From assembly GCA_963702425.1 (NCBI GenBank), contig CAVPCQ010000037.1, positions 224,001 through 288,000 of the forward strand: DNA of 64,000 nt, in the 5' to 3' direction. Shown here piece by piece: positions 14,286-22,735 of this stretch. The translations under genes were made by a program, and so were the position numbers. Under the pieces are notes generated by a model. It saw only the letters and a list, made by a program, of their open reading frames with translations. It did not search any database and was not told the DNA's origin. The stretch comes from an uncultured Acidobacteriota bacterium (GTDB taxonomy: Bacteria; Acidobacteriota; Polarisedimenticolia; J045). The first letter of the stretch is position 1. Each line of letters opens with the position of its first letter.

Positions 14286-14897
14286 GTGTGTGAGACCCCC
14301 CCGCTGAAGCTCGGCCAGGTCGTGCCGAACTTCGAACTCGACACCTACGACCCGAAGACCGGCGACTTCGGCAAGTTCTCGCTCGCCAGGCAGCTCGAGA
14401 AGAAACGCTGGACGATCCTGTTCTTCTACCCGGCCGACTTCACCTTCGTCTGAGCGACCGAATTCGCTGCTCTGGCAGAGCAGCAAGATCGCTTCGAGAA
14501 GCTCGGCGCGGACATCGTGACGGTCTCCACCGACACCCAGTTCGTGCACCTGGCGTGGCAGCAGAACGAGAAGGAGCTGGCCCCCGTCCGCTACCAGATG
14601 GGCGCGGACCCGACCGGCAAGGTCTCCCGGATGTTCGGCGTCTACGACGACGCCACCGGGCTCGACCTGCGCGGCACGTTCATCATCAACCCCGAGGGGA
14701 AGGTGCTCGGGTCGGAGATGAACTTCTACAACCTCGGCCGCAACATCGACGAGCTGATGCGCAAGTTCAAGGCGAACATGTACCTCGCCCGCAAGACCAA
14801 CGAGGCCTGCCCGTCGAAGTGGAAGGACGAGGGGGACAAGACCCTCGCCCCGTCCGCCAAGATGGTCGGGAAGGTCCACGAGGCGCTGCAGGACTGA
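14286..14897 (+). CDS. prxU: Selenocysteine-containing AhpC/Prx1-type peroxiredoxin (203 aa, Sec at codon 56)
   Basis: RBS aggagg, then GTG 14286. Reads MCETPPLKLGQVVPNFELDTYDP...FFYPADFTFV-TGA(14451-14453)-ATEF, in frame with VSTD..FVH.AW, LRGTFIINPEG, GRNIDE and resolving EACPSKW. Confidence 0.92.
14454..14486 (+). promoter_or_regulatory. Bacterial SECIS-like hairpin
   Basis: Perfect stem GCTGCTCT (14466-14473) / AGAGCAGC (14477-14484) with a GGC apex, starting 12 nt after the in-frame UGA. Confidence 0.8.
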
Positions 14898-14921
14898 GCG
14901 TCGGCGGAAGGCGACATCAAC

Positions 14922-14959
14922 CGGGCCGGGGGCTTTCGCTCCCGGCCCCGTTCGTTCTT
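14922..14959 (+). terminator. Rho-independent terminator after prxU
   Basis: GGGCCGGGGGC-TTTC-GCTCCCGGCCC hairpin followed by a T-rich tail (ttcgttctt). Confidence 0.6.
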
Positions 14960-15110
14960 GTCCGGGCCGGCTGTCGTTTGACCGATTGCCCGTTCCGTTC
15001 AGTCGCCTCATCGACAACGAAAAAGGTGCGCCGGGAGCCTTTTAGGCGAAAATGATGCGTTGTTAGCCCCGTCGCGGCAGCGCTCGCGACGGGTCCCGGG
15101 GAGGGACGCC

Positions 15111-16631
15111 ATGTTCGCTCGCTTCGACCGCCGCTCCGTCTTGACCGTCCTGTCCGTCCTATCCGTCCTGCTCCTCCCGGCTGCCGGGGCTCTCCCCGCC
15201 GCCGCGCAGTGCGACACCGCGCCGCCCGCGGTGACGTCGTTCACGCTCAGCCCGACGAGCGTCAACACGACGGGCGCCGCGCAGACCGTCACCTGCACGG
15301 TCGGGCTGACCGACTCGCCGGCCGGGGTCGCAGAGGTCGACTGTGCTCTTCAGTGGACCGACGGCGTGTCGAAGTTCCAGTCGCAGTTCTGCTCGAGCAC
15401 CACTCCAATCTCCGGCACGCCGCAGAGCGGGACCTGGCGCTGCACGATCACCCTGCCGCGCTACAGCGCGCAGGGAATCTGGGACGCCCAGGTGACCGCG
15501 ACCGACGCGGTCACGAACACCAAGACCTTCATCAGCTTCGAGCTACCGCCGGGAACGACGTCGGTCAACGTCACCTCCGATCCCGACCTCATCGCGCCGG
15601 CCCTGACCAGCTCCACCCTCAACCCGACCAGCGTGAATGTCTCGGCCGCCGACCAGAACACCACCTGCACGATGAACGTGACCGACGCCAAGTCGGGCGT
15701 CCAGAGCGCCTTCTGCCTCGTCACGGGACCCACCCCGCCGCCGCCCGCGGAGGCCCAGGCCCAGGGCTGCGTCGACGACGCGCCCAACTCCGGAACGCGC
15801 CAGAACGGGACCTTCAGTTGCACGATCAAGATCCCGCGCTACTCCGACGCCGGGCTCTGGACGACACAGGTCCTCCTGATCGACGCGGTCGGCAACAGCG
15901 CGCCGCTCACCGCGACACCGACCCTGACCGTCACCTCCAGCCCCGAGGACCTCGCCGGACCGGTTGTAGGGGCCTTCGACTTCAACCCCAAGACAGCCAA
16001 CGCCGCCACGGGGCCGACCACGGTCACCTGCACGATCCCGATCACCGACTCGCCGGCCGGCGTCGCGGCAGCAGGCTGCACTTTCAGCTTCACCAACTTC
16101 CTGGTCTTCCCGCCGATCCAGCAGACCCAGGGCTGCAGCTCGGCGACCCCCTCCTCTGGCACGCCCAACAGCGGGACCTACACCTGCCAGGTCGTGATCC
16201 CGCGTTACAGCGCGCCCGGCAACTGGACCGTCAGCGTGGACGTCGAGGACAAGGTCGGGAACCTGACGACGACCGATCCGGTCACCCCGCTCAACGTGAC
16301 CTGCGGCGGCGCGGGCGACCCCGAGGCGGTCATCCGGTTCCAGCAGGGGACGCGGAACACGATCATCTGGAGCGCGATCTCCGGCGCGACCCGCTACAAC
16401 GCCTACAAGGGGAACCTGCCGCAGCTCCCCGGGCCGCCGGTCAACTACGGGACCTGCCAGAACGCGACCGACCCGAACCTGACCGACACCCAGTTCATCG
16501 ACAACGCGATCCCGAGCGCGACGCAGAAGGGATTCCACTACCTCGTCAGCTACACCAGCGGCGGGGTGGAGAAGGGGCTCGGCAAGCAGAGCAACGGGAC
16601 GGCGCGGACGGTCAGCCCGCCCTGCCCGTAG
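15111..16631 (+). CDS. Secreted Thr/Ser/Cys-rich protein with three ~120-aa tandem repeats and a C-terminal domain ending in CP
   Basis: RBS ggagg, signal peptide (LLLPAAGALPAAAQ). Three repeats of P.svN......TCT...TD...GV....C...Q.Q.C....P.SGT...GT..C.i.iPRYS..G.W......D.V.N. Confidence 0.85.
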   Translation: MFARFDRRSVLTVLSVLSVLLLPAAGALPAAAQCDTAPPAVTSFTLSPTSVNTTGAAQTVTCTVGLTDSPAGVAEVDCALQWTDGVSKFQSQFCSSTTPISGTPQSGTWRCTITLPRYSAQGIWDAQVTATDAVTNTKTFISFELPPGTTSVNVTSDPDLIAPALTSSTLNPTSVNVSAADQNTTCTMNVTDAKSGVQSAFCLVTGPTPPPPAEAQAQGCVDDAPNSGTRQNGTFSCTIKIPRYSDAGLWTTQVLLIDAVGNSAPLTATPTLTVTSSPEDLAGPVVGAFDFNPKTANAATGPTTVTCTIPITDSPAGVAAAGCTFSFTNFLVFPPIQQTQGCSSATPSSGTPNSGTYTCQVVIPRYSAPGNWTVSVDVEDKVGNLTTTDPVTPLNVTCGGAGDPEAVIRFQQGTRNTIIWSAISGATRYNAYKGNLPQLPGPPVNYGTCQNATDPNLTDTQFIDNAIPSATQKGFHYLVSYTSGGVEKGLGKQSNGTARTVSPPCP

Positions 16632-16653
16632 TTCGAACCGTCCAAGCGGAGCC

Positions 16654-16681
16654 GCGGGCCGGCACGAAGGCCGGCCCCTCC
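16654..16681 (-). repeat. REP-like palindromic element (GTAG family, single copy)
   Basis: gcgggccggcacgaaggccggcccctcc differs at 2 of 28 positions from the reverse complement of the copy at 29102-29129. It lies between convergent genes. Confidence 0.7.
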
Positions 16682-16697
16682 GTCATTCCCGGGGCCC

Positions 16698-17960
16698 TCA
16701 CGGCCCCATCAGCGCCTCGAGCTCCTGCGGCCGCCGGGCCCGGGCCCGGGCCTCGGCGCGCTCGATGTGCCCGGCCTTGACCAGCTCCGCCAGGCTGGCT
16801 TCGAAGGTGCGCATCCCGCGCTGTCGGCTGATCCCGATCTGCGCCGCGATCTGCTCGGTCTGGCCCTTGAGGATCAGGTTCCGGACCGCGTCGGTCCCGA
16901 TCAGGACCTCGACCGCCGGGACGCGGCCGCTGCCGTCGCGGCGCGGAATGAGCTGCTGGCTGACCACCGCCGCGAGCGCCACGCCGAGCTGCGAGCGCAC
17001 GAACGCCTGCTGCCCGGGGGGATAGGCGTCGAGGATCCGGCTGACCGACTGGACCGCGTCGCCGGTGTGCAGCGTCGAGAAGACCAGGTGCCCCGTCTCG
17101 GCCGCGGTCACGGCCAGCGCGATCGTCTCCGGGTCGCGCATCTCGCCGACCAGGATCACGTCCGGGTTCTGGCGCAGCGCGGCGCGCAGCGCGTCGGCGA
17201 ACGACGGCGTGTCGCGCCCGACCTCGATCTGCTCGACCAGTGCGACCCCCGCGGGGTGCCGGTATTCGATCGGGTCCTCGATCGTGATCACGTGGGCCCG
17301 GCGCCGCCCGGTGACGAGTGCCAGCAGCGCCGCGAGGGTGGTCGACTTGCCCGAGCCGGCCGGTCCCGTGACCAGCACGATCCCGTGGCGCAGCTCGGCC
17401 AGCGTCGCCAGCTCCGGCGGCAGGTGCAGCTCCGCCAGCGTCGGGATCGTCAGCGGGAAGAGCCGCACCGCGACCGCCCAGCCGCCGCTCTCGCGGTGCA
17501 CGTTGCAGCGGAAGCGGCCGGTCTCGGGCGTGCCCCAGGACAGGTCGATCGCACCGCGCTGCGCCAGCTCGCTGCGGCGCGGCGCGGGGACCAGCGCCGA
17601 CACGAGCCGCCCGACCTCCTCGTCGTCCAGCGGAACGGTGGGGAGGGCCTCGAGGTCGCCGTGCCGCCGAATCGCGGGGGGCGAGCCGGCGACCAGGAAC
17701 AGGTCGGTCGCGCCCGCGGCGCGCGCCATCGTGAGCAGTGCGTGGGCGCGCTCGCGCCCTTCCTCGGTGACCGGTCCGACCCGCCAGTCCTTGCGCTCGC
17801 CCGCGGCGCCGGCGCCCGCGCGCGGGAGCGGCGGCAGCTCGACGCGTCCCGCGCCGCCATCCTCGGCGGCGTCCCCGTCGCGCGGTGCCTCGCGCCGCGC
17901 CATCTGGTTGAGCTGCCGGACGAGCGCGTTGATGTCCTCATCGTTCCGGTCGTCGGTCAT
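16698..17960 (-). CDS. pilT: PilT/PilU-family type IV pilus retraction ATPase with N-terminal extension
   Basis: GRFRCNV, Walker [55 protein letters not shown]. Start ATG 17960 overlaps the upstream stop (ATGA). Confidence 0.88.
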   Translation of the reverse strand: MTDDRNDEDINALVRQLNQMARREAPRDGDAAEDGGAGRVELPPLPRAGAGAAGERKDWRVGPVTEEGRERAHALLTMARAAGATDLFLVAGSPPAIRRHGDLEALPTVPLDDEEVGRLVSALVPAPRRSELAQRGAIDLSWGTPETGRFRCNVHRESGGWAVAVRLFPLTIPTLAELHLPPELATLAELRHGIVLVTGPAGSGKSTTLAALLALVTGRRRAHVITIEDPIEYRHPAGVALVEQIEVGRDTPSFADALRAALRQNPDVILVGEMRDPETIALAVTAAETGHLVFSTLHTGDAVQSVSRILDAYPPGQQAFVRSQLGVALAAVVSQQLIPRRDGSGRVPAVEVLIGTDAVRNLILKGQTEQIAAQIGISRQRGMRTFEASLAELVKAGHIERAEARARARRPQELEALMGP

Positions 17961-19522
17961 CGTGCTTGCCTCCGTTCGGTCGAGCGTCCGGGGCGCTTCA
18001 ACCCGTACCTGCGGAGCTTGGCCTGGAGCGTCGTCGGCGGCAGGCCCAGCCGCGCCGCCGCCCCGTCGGGCCCGTAGATCCGGCCGCCGCTCGTCTCCAG
18101 CGCCTGCGCCAGTACGTCGCGCATCCGGGCTTCGAACGAGGTCCCCTCCACGGCCGTCCCGGCGGGCGAGCGGGGACCTTCGAACGGCGGCAGCTCCAGC
18201 TCGTCCCCCGGCGAGAGGATCAGCGCCCGCTCGAGCACGTTCTCCAGCTCGCGCACGTTGCCGGGCCAGGGGTGCGCTTCGAGCCGGCGGAAGACCGCCT
18301 CGGGGATCCGCGGCGGTCGCCGGTTCATGCGCGCGGCGTGGCGTGCCGCGAAGTAGCGGGCCAGCGGGCGGAGGTCCTCCGGCCGGGCGCGGAGCGGCGG
18401 CACCGCGAGCGGGAAGACGGCCAGCCGGTAGAAGAGATCGGCGCGGAAAGTCCCTGCCGTGACCAGCTCCTCGAGCGGGCGATGCGTGGCGGCAAGGATG
18501 CGCACGTCGACCCGCACCGGCTCGGCGCCGCCGAGGCGCGTGAAGGCGCGCTCTTCGAGCGCGCGCAGCAGCTTGACCTGCACCGCCAGCGGCACGTCGC
18601 CCAGCTCGTCGAGGAAGAGCGTGCCGCCGTCCGCCAGCTCGAGCTTGCCGGTCTGCCGCGTCACCGCGCCGGTAAAGGCCCCTTTCTCGTGGCCGAACAG
18701 TTCGCTCTCGACGAGCGTCTCCGGCAGGGCGCCGAGGTTGACCGCGACGAACGGCGCCGCCAGCCGCGGCGAGAACTCGTGGATCGCGCGCGCCAGCCCC
18801 TCCTTGCCGGTGCCGGTCTCGCCGCGGATCAGGACGGTGGTGTCGGTCGCCGCGACCCGCCGGGCCTGTTCCATCACCGCGCGCATCGCCGGGCTCTCGG
18901 CGACGTAGCGCCGCCCGCCGCGGGTCGTCTCCTCGCGCAGGACCTCGTTCTCCCGCTTGAGCAGCCGGGCCAGCCGGCGGACCTCGTCGAACATCAGGCT
19001 GTTGGAGAGCGCGATCGCAAGGAGGCGCGCGATCTGGCCGGCGTGGCAGGCGCAGCCCGCGAAAACCCCTTCGCGCGGGGCGTGCGCGATCTCGAGCGCG
19101 CCGAGCGCGCGGCCGTTGACGACCAGCGGGAAGCTGGCGACCGAACCGTAGCCGCGCGGCGCGAGCAACGTCTCTTCGCGCCAGCGCGGCGTCCCCTCGC
19201 CGAGCCGCTCGGCGAACGCCGGCTCGCCGGCCGCGAGCGCCGCGCCGGCGAGCGACCCCTCGAGCGGGAAGCGCACCCCCGAGCCGCCCGCGCCGAGCGG
19301 GTCGTCCGCGGTCAGCGTCTCGGCCCAGCCTGGGGCGTCGGGGAGGCAGCGGTGGATCGCGACGCGCGTCGGTCCGTAGTGGCGCCGGATCAGCGCGCCG
19401 ATCCGCTGCAGGACCTCGTCCATGTCGACGGTCGCCAGGACCGAGCCGAGCGCCTCCTCGAAGAGGTCGGCGCTGGGCGGGCAGTGGGGCCCCCCGGGAT
19501 GGACCGGCAGGTCGTGGCGCAC
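17957..19522 (-). CDS. Sigma-54-dependent transcriptional activator (GAF-AAA+-HTH, FhlA/NorR-like architecture)
   Basis: [49 protein letters not shown]-terminal G.IYG..GAA..LGL.PTTL HTH. Probable GTG start at 19522. Confidence 0.92.
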   Translation of the reverse strand: MRHDLPVHPGGPHCPPSADLFEEALGSVLATVDMDEVLQRIGALIRRHYGPTRVAIHRCLPDAPGWAETLTADDPLGAGGSGVRFPLEGSLAGAALAAGEPAFAERLGEGTPRWREETLLAPRGYGSVASFPLVVNGRALGALEIAHAPREGVFAGCACHAGQIARLLAIALSNSLMFDEVRRLARLLKRENEVLREETTRGGRRYVAESPAMRAVMEQARRVAATDTTVLIRGETGTGKEGLARAIHEFSPRLAAPFVAVNLGALPETLVESELFGHEKGAFTGAVTRQTGKLELADGGTLFLDELGDVPLAVQVKLLRALEERAFTRLGGAEPVRVDVRILAATHRPLEELVTAGTFRADLFYRLAVFPLAVPPLRARPEDLRPLARYFAARHAARMNRRPPRIPEAVFRRLEAHPWPGNVRELENVLERALILSPGDELELPPFEGPRSPAGTAVEGTSFEARMRDVLAQALETSGGRIYGPDGAAARLGLPPTTLQAKLRRYGLKRPGRSTERRQAR

Positions 19523-19543
19523 GCCCCCTGATACCCGCCCGGC

Positions 19544-19584
19544 GTTGCCGGCGCAACCAAATACCGTTGCCGGCCCCCCGGCAA
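19544..19584. promoter_or_regulatory. Candidate upstream activator sites (two palindromes)
   Basis: GTTGC-cggc-GCAAC (19544-19557) and TTGCCGG-cccc-CCGGCAA (19567-19584). Both contain GTTGCCGG. Confidence 0.5.
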
Positions 19585-19621
19585 TTTCCTCAAATACCTG
19601 ATCCAGAAGCGCTTGCCCCGC

Positions 19622-19637
19622 TGGCCTCGACCTTGCT
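19622..19637 (+). promoter_or_regulatory. Sigma-54 (-24/-12) promoter
   Basis: TGGCCTCGACCTTGCT matches TGGC-N7-TTGCW with exact GG-N10-GC spacing, about 40 nt upstream of the hemerythrin ATG and divergent from a sigma-54 activator gene. Confidence 0.78.
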
Positions 19638-19676
19638 TGAGGAAATCCCATCCACCTCCCGGAAGGAGCCGTCCCG

Positions 19677-20234
19677 ATGGATCCGATCGACGTCCTCATG
19701 ATGGAGCACCAGGTGATCCTGCGCGTGATCGACGCCGCCGAGGCCTTCGCGGCCGAGGTCGACAAGGCCGGCCAGGACGGCCGCGCCGAGCTGACCGACT
19801 TCGTCACCTTCATCCGCGAGTACGCCGACGCGCGCCACCACGGGAAGGAGGAGGACATCCTGTTCCAGACGATGCAGGAGTTCGGCTTCTCGACCGAGAT
19901 GGGGCCGCTGGCGGTGATGCTCCACGAGCACACCGAGGGACGGCGTCTGGCCCGCGAGTTGGCCGAGGCCGCCGCGCGTCCTGCGCCGTGGGACCCGGCC
20001 GAGCGCTCGGCGGTCGTCGGCGGGATCGAGGGCTACGCCGCGCTGCTCCGGAATCACATCTGGAAGGAGGACAACATCCTGTATCCCGCGGCCCAGAATG
20101 CGCTCGACGAGGCCGCCTACGGTGTCGTCGCGCAGCGGGTCACCTCGTTCGACGGCGAGTGGAAGGCCTCGGGAAAGATCCCGGCGCTCGACGCCCTGGC
20201 CGAGAAACTGACCGCGCGCGCGCCGCGCGCCTGA
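19677..20234 (+). CDS. Hemerythrin-like (HHE cation-binding) domain protein
   Basis: [36 protein letters not shown] aaggag. Confidence 0.92.
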   Translation: MDPIDVLMMEHQVILRVIDAAEAFAAEVDKAGQDGRAELTDFVTFIREYADARHHGKEEDILFQTMQEFGFSTEMGPLAVMLHEHTEGRRLARELAEAAARPAPWDPAERSAVVGGIEGYAALLRNHIWKEDNILYPAAQNALDEAAYGVVAQRVTSFDGEWKASGKIPALDALAEKLTARAPRA

Positions 20235-20252
20235 ACGCCCAAGGAGACCGTC

Positions 20253-20591
20253 ATGCAGTCGCTCAAGGAAAGCAAGGCCGAGCCCGCCCACGCCTTTCCG
20301 TATGCCACCCTCGTCGACTACCAGGAGGGCGGAATCGTCAGCCGGACGCTCTACAAGGAGGCCCCCGGCACGCTGACCCTCTTCGCCTTCGACGCCGGCC
20401 AGCAGCTCTCCGAGCATACCGCGCCGTTCGACGCCTTCGTCCAGGTGCTGGACGGCGCCGTGGAGCTGACGATCGGCGGCGAGAAGGTCCCGGCGAAGGC
20501 GGGCGAGATCGTGCTGATGCCCGCCGGCGTGCCTCACGCAGTGACGGCGCGCGAGCGCTTCAAGATGCTGCTCATCATGTTCCGCCGCTGA
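20253..20591 (+). CDS. Cupin domain protein
   Basis: TLFAFDAGQQLSEHTAPFDA...LDG...MPAGVPHAV. Confidence 0.9.
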   Translation: MQSLKESKAEPAHAFPYATLVDYQEGGIVSRTLYKEAPGTLTLFAFDAGQQLSEHTAPFDAFVQVLDGAVELTIGGEKVPAKAGEIVLMPAGVPHAVTARERFKMLLIMFRR

Positions 20592-20625
20592 GCGATCCGC
20601 ACGAGACGCGTTCCCGGAGGCCGAC

Positions 20626-21939
20626 GTGAGCCTGGTCCTGCGCCTGTTGCCGGCGATCCTCTGCAGCCTGCTGATGGGGGCCCACGCCTCGCGTGCCGGC
20701 TGGGGCCTGTTCGCCGCGGCCGGCTTCGCGCTCCTCCCGCTGCTCTTCTTCGTGCGCCGCCGGTGGGTCCTGAACGTGACTCGCGTCCTGCTCGTGGTTG
20801 CTGCCTTCGAGTGGCTGCGCACCGCGTCGGGCTACGCCAGCGAGCGGGCGGCGCTCGGCCAGCCGGCGCTGCGGCTATGGTTGATCCTCGGCGGCGTCGC
20901 GGCGTTCAACCTCGCCGCGGCGGCGCTGCTCTCCGGCCCGCGCGTCGCGAAGTGGTTCGACCGCAACGAGCGCACCGCCCCCGTCGCAACCGCCGCCTTC
21001 CTGGTCGCGTTCGGGCTGCTGGCGATCATCCAGGTCAAGCCCGCTCTGCGCCTGCTGCTGCTCGACCGCTTCTTCGCGGGCGGCGGGTGGCTCGAGCTGC
21101 TTGCGCTCTCGATCTACGCCGCCGTGGTTGCCGACTGGCTGCTCGACACGCCGAAGATCCCGACCTGGCGCTTCCGGATCTGGATGCTGTTCTCGGTCGT
21201 CTTCTTCGCGCAGCTCGGGCTGGGGCTGGCCGGTTTCACGACGTTCCTGATGACCGGAGCGCTGCACCTGCCGATCCCCGCGATGATCGTCGGCGGACCG
21301 GCCTACCGTGGCGGCGGCTTCTTCATGCCGATCCTGTTCCTGGTGACGATCGCTTTCGTCGGCCCGGCCTGGTGCTCGCACCTCTGCTACTTCGGCGCCT
21401 GGGACAACGCGGCGGCGCGGATCCTGCCGCGCACGAAGCCGACGCCGCGCTGGTTGCCGCACCTGCGCTGGGCGCTGCTTGCGCTCGTCGTGTTCGGCGC
21501 GGTCGGGTTGCGGGCGGCGGGGGTGCCGACGACGGTCGCCGCCGGCTGCGGGCTGGGGTTCGGCCTGGTTGGCGTGGCGGTGATGATCCTCTGGTCGCGG
21601 CGGACGGGGGTCATGACCCACTGCGTCGGCTACTGCCCGATCGGCGCGCTGGCCACGGGGCTGGGGAAGCTGTCGCCGTTCCGGTTGGAGATCGGCGAGG
21701 GCTGCACCGAGTGCCGCGCCTGCACGGTGGTCTGCCGCTTCCGCGCGCTCGAGATCGAGGACCTGCGGCGGCGCCGCGCCGGGATCGCCTGCACGCTGTG
21801 CGGCGACTGCCTGCCGTCGTGCCACGGGACGTTCATCCGCTACCGCTGGCTCGGCCTCTCGCCGCGGGCCGCGCGCGGCCTGTTCGTCGCGCTGATCGCC
21901 GCGTTCCACGCGGTCTTCCTCGGGGTGGCCCGGATCTGA
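20626..21939 (+). CDS. Polytopic membrane 4Fe-4S binding protein (NapH/MauN-like Cys motifs)
   Basis: Many TM helices, WCSHLCYFG, HCVGYCPIG, ferredoxin motifs CTECRACTVVC and CTLCGDCLPSC. Confidence 0.85.
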   Translation: MSLVLRLLPAILCSLLMGAHASRAGWGLFAAAGFALLPLLFFVRRRWVLNVTRVLLVVAAFEWLRTASGYASERAALGQPALRLWLILGGVAAFNLAAAALLSGPRVAKWFDRNERTAPVATAAFLVAFGLLAIIQVKPALRLLLLDRFFAGGGWLELLALSIYAAVVADWLLDTPKIPTWRFRIWMLFSVVFFAQLGLGLAGFTTFLMTGALHLPIPAMIVGGPAYRGGGFFMPILFLVTIAFVGPAWCSHLCYFGAWDNAAARILPRTKPTPRWLPHLRWALLALVVFGAVGLRAAGVPTTVAAGCGLGFGLVGVAVMILWSRRTGVMTHCVGYCPIGALATGLGKLSPFRLEIGEGCTECRACTVVCRFRALEIEDLRRRRAGIACTLCGDCLPSCHGTFIRYRWLGLSPRAARGLFVALIAAFHAVFLGVARI

Positions 21940-21987
21940 CGCAGCGCCGCGCGGTGCTACCATCGGTCGCTGAGTTCGGAGGCGGCG

Positions 21988-22713
21988 ATGGACATCGAAC
22001 GGCTGATCGGATCGGTGATCGCGGGAGCGGTCGGGGCCAAGGGGAAGCAGGGCCGCCGGGCCCGGGGCTACCTCACCGGCGGCCGACGGTCGTCGAGCGG
22101 GGGCCTCGGCTCCCTGATCACGCCCGGGATGCTGATCGGCGCGGCCGGCCTGGCCTGGGGGCTGTTCGAAACGCTCAAGCAGCAGGGGGGCGCCGGGCAG
22201 GGGGGCAGCGGGCAGTGGGCCAGTCCCGGTGGGACGCCTGCCGCAGGCGGAGCCCCGGTCCCCGCCGGCGCGGGACCCGTCGTGCCGCCCCCGCTTCCCG
22301 GCGAAACTCCGCCGGCCGCGGCGACCGCCGCCGCCGTGCAACTGCCGCCCGAGGCGCTGCGCCTGGTCCGTCTCGCGATCTCCGCCGCCCGCGCCGACGG
22401 CACGCTGTCGCCGGCCGAGCGCGCGATCCTGCTCGACCACGCGCGGCCGGCCGGTGCGGAAGCGCTCGTGCTGCAGGAGCTCGAGCAGCCGCGCCCGTTG
22501 GCCGAAATCGTCGCTGGCGTCACCGATCCGGCCGCACGCGAGCAGATGTACGGCCTCGCTTTCGGCATCGTCCGCGCCGACGAAGGAGTTTCCGGCGCGG
22601 AGCGGATCTTCCTCGCCCAACTTGCACACCGCCTGGCGCTCGACGCCGCGGCGGTGGCCCGCATCGAGGCCCAGGCGGCGGCCGCGATCGACGCCCAGCC
22701 CGAGACCCCCTGA
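21988..22713 (+). CDS. DUF533/YebE-like (TerB-like fold) protein
   Basis: AISAARADGTLSPAER, ELEQP..LAEIV, AERIFLAQLA..LAL. Gly-rich N-terminus with one hydrophobic segment. Confidence 0.8.
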   Translation: MDIERLIGSVIAGAVGAKGKQGRRARGYLTGGRRSSSGGLGSLITPGMLIGAAGLAWGLFETLKQQGGAGQGGSGQWASPGGTPAAGGAPVPAGAGPVVPPPLPGETPPAAATAAAVQLPPEALRLVRLAISAARADGTLSPAERAILLDHARPAGAEALVLQELEQPRPLAEIVAGVTDPAAREQMYGLAFGIVRADEGVSGAERIFLAQLAHRLALDAAAVARIEAQAAAAIDAQPETP

Positions 22714-22735
22714 CGCCACCCCCGGAGGACGCACG

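Noticed and set aside
14451-14453. Peroxiredoxin as a nonsense-mutated pseudogene
   Set aside because: The UGA falls exactly on the catalytic Cys codon, is followed by a SECIS-like stem, and both halves are intact. Selenocysteine is the better explanation.
16698-19556. 952-aa ORF as a PilT fusion
   Set aside because: The N-terminal part is an alternative frame of the sigma-54 activator gene. PilT starts at 17960.
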